Shown piece after piece: positions 63,653-64,000 of a stretch of DNA of 64,000 nt. Below the pieces are notes generated by a model. That model was not told the origin of the DNA. It searched no databases and worked only from the letters and a program-made list of their open reading frames with translations. The translations under genes were made by a program, and so were the position numbers. The stretch is from contig JABWCP010000009.1 in NCBI GenBank assembly GCA_013360215.1, positions 62,001 through 126,000 of the forward strand. The letters run 5' to 3'. The stretch comes from a bacterium (lineage in GTDB: Bacteria > CLD3 > SB21). Numbering within the stretch: the stretch's first letter is position 1; every line of letters begins with the position of its first letter.

Positions 63653-64000
63653 ATGAATCGTCGCGGTTTTTTTAATAACATTTTTAAGTCGGATGAACCC
63701 TCGGGTCCGATTCATTTTTACGGCATTCAGATCGTCATCAATACCGGTATCAATGATGAAACCCGTGCCAAACTGCATGCGGCGATCAACGTGCCCGTTA
63801 AAGAAGGTGAGACCCCAGAGGAAAAAAAAGCATTTTTTAAAAATGTCGCAGCTCTCTTACTCGAGAACGAACCGTTTTTTGAATATGGGTACTGGGATTA
63901 TCTGACGGATGCGGCCGAAGCGCAGGCCGAATTTGATTCGTGGGTCAACGAAATCGAAAGCAGTATGGCAACGGAGTCCGGCGAAGTCGGTGAAACGATG
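63653..64000 (+). CDS. Hypothetical protein, DUF1517-like; 3' end runs off the window
   Basis: Not in the ORF track. Manual translation MNRRGFFNNIFKSDEP...FYGIQIVIN...ALLLENEPFFEYGYWDY...EAQAEFDSWVNEIE is open to the window end. Confidence 0.65.
   Translation, partial: MNRRGFFNNIFKSDEPSGPIHFYGIQIVINTGINDETRAKLHAAINVPVKEGETPEEKKAFFKNVAALLLENEPFFEYGYWDYLTDAAEAQAEFDSWVNEIESSMATESGEVGETM

Noticed and set aside
63693-63905. 70-aa ORF in the track
   Set aside because: Out of frame with the better-supported CDS that starts at 63653 and runs off the window.

Overview
Gene-dense chromosomal window from a diderm bacterium. A FlgD-Ig/T9SS-type C-terminal tail on a secreted S8 protease, many lipoproteins and a BBP2 porin suggest an FCB-group lineage such as Ignavibacteria/KSB1/Calditrichota-like (inference only). 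Left half: housekeeping genes mostly on the minus strand (aminotransferase, ADP-forming acyl-CoA ligase, VWA and BatC-like proteins, cstA, S8 protease, ligA, B12 radical SAM, UbiA-family prenyltransferase, yitJ, uvrC, manC, ADH, TPR/FHA/Ig-like proteins), then a yggS-DivIVA-PNP operon. Centre: a four-tRNA operon (Gly, Cys, Leu, Val) with an internal terminator-like hairpin, an apparently intact IS3-family element, two LytS/LytTR systems each with phased direct repeats upstream of a neighbouring gene, and a 23-copy 7-bp tandem repeat. Right half: a CPA2-K+ channel-cNMP-CPA1 ion operon, fhs, and the two best candidates for poorly described systems. (i) 51.1-57.0 kb: lipoprotein, membrane-anchored CHASE2-sigma54 activator, exported transglutaminase-like protein and FecR-like protein, preceded by a sigma54-like promoter and candidate enhancers. 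(ii) 59.9-64 kb: DUF350, GspS-like ATP-grasp, Tat lipoprotein with a Ser/Arg tail and a DUF1517-like gene. All calls come from motif recognition by eye. No searches were run and refined coordinates were counted by hand.
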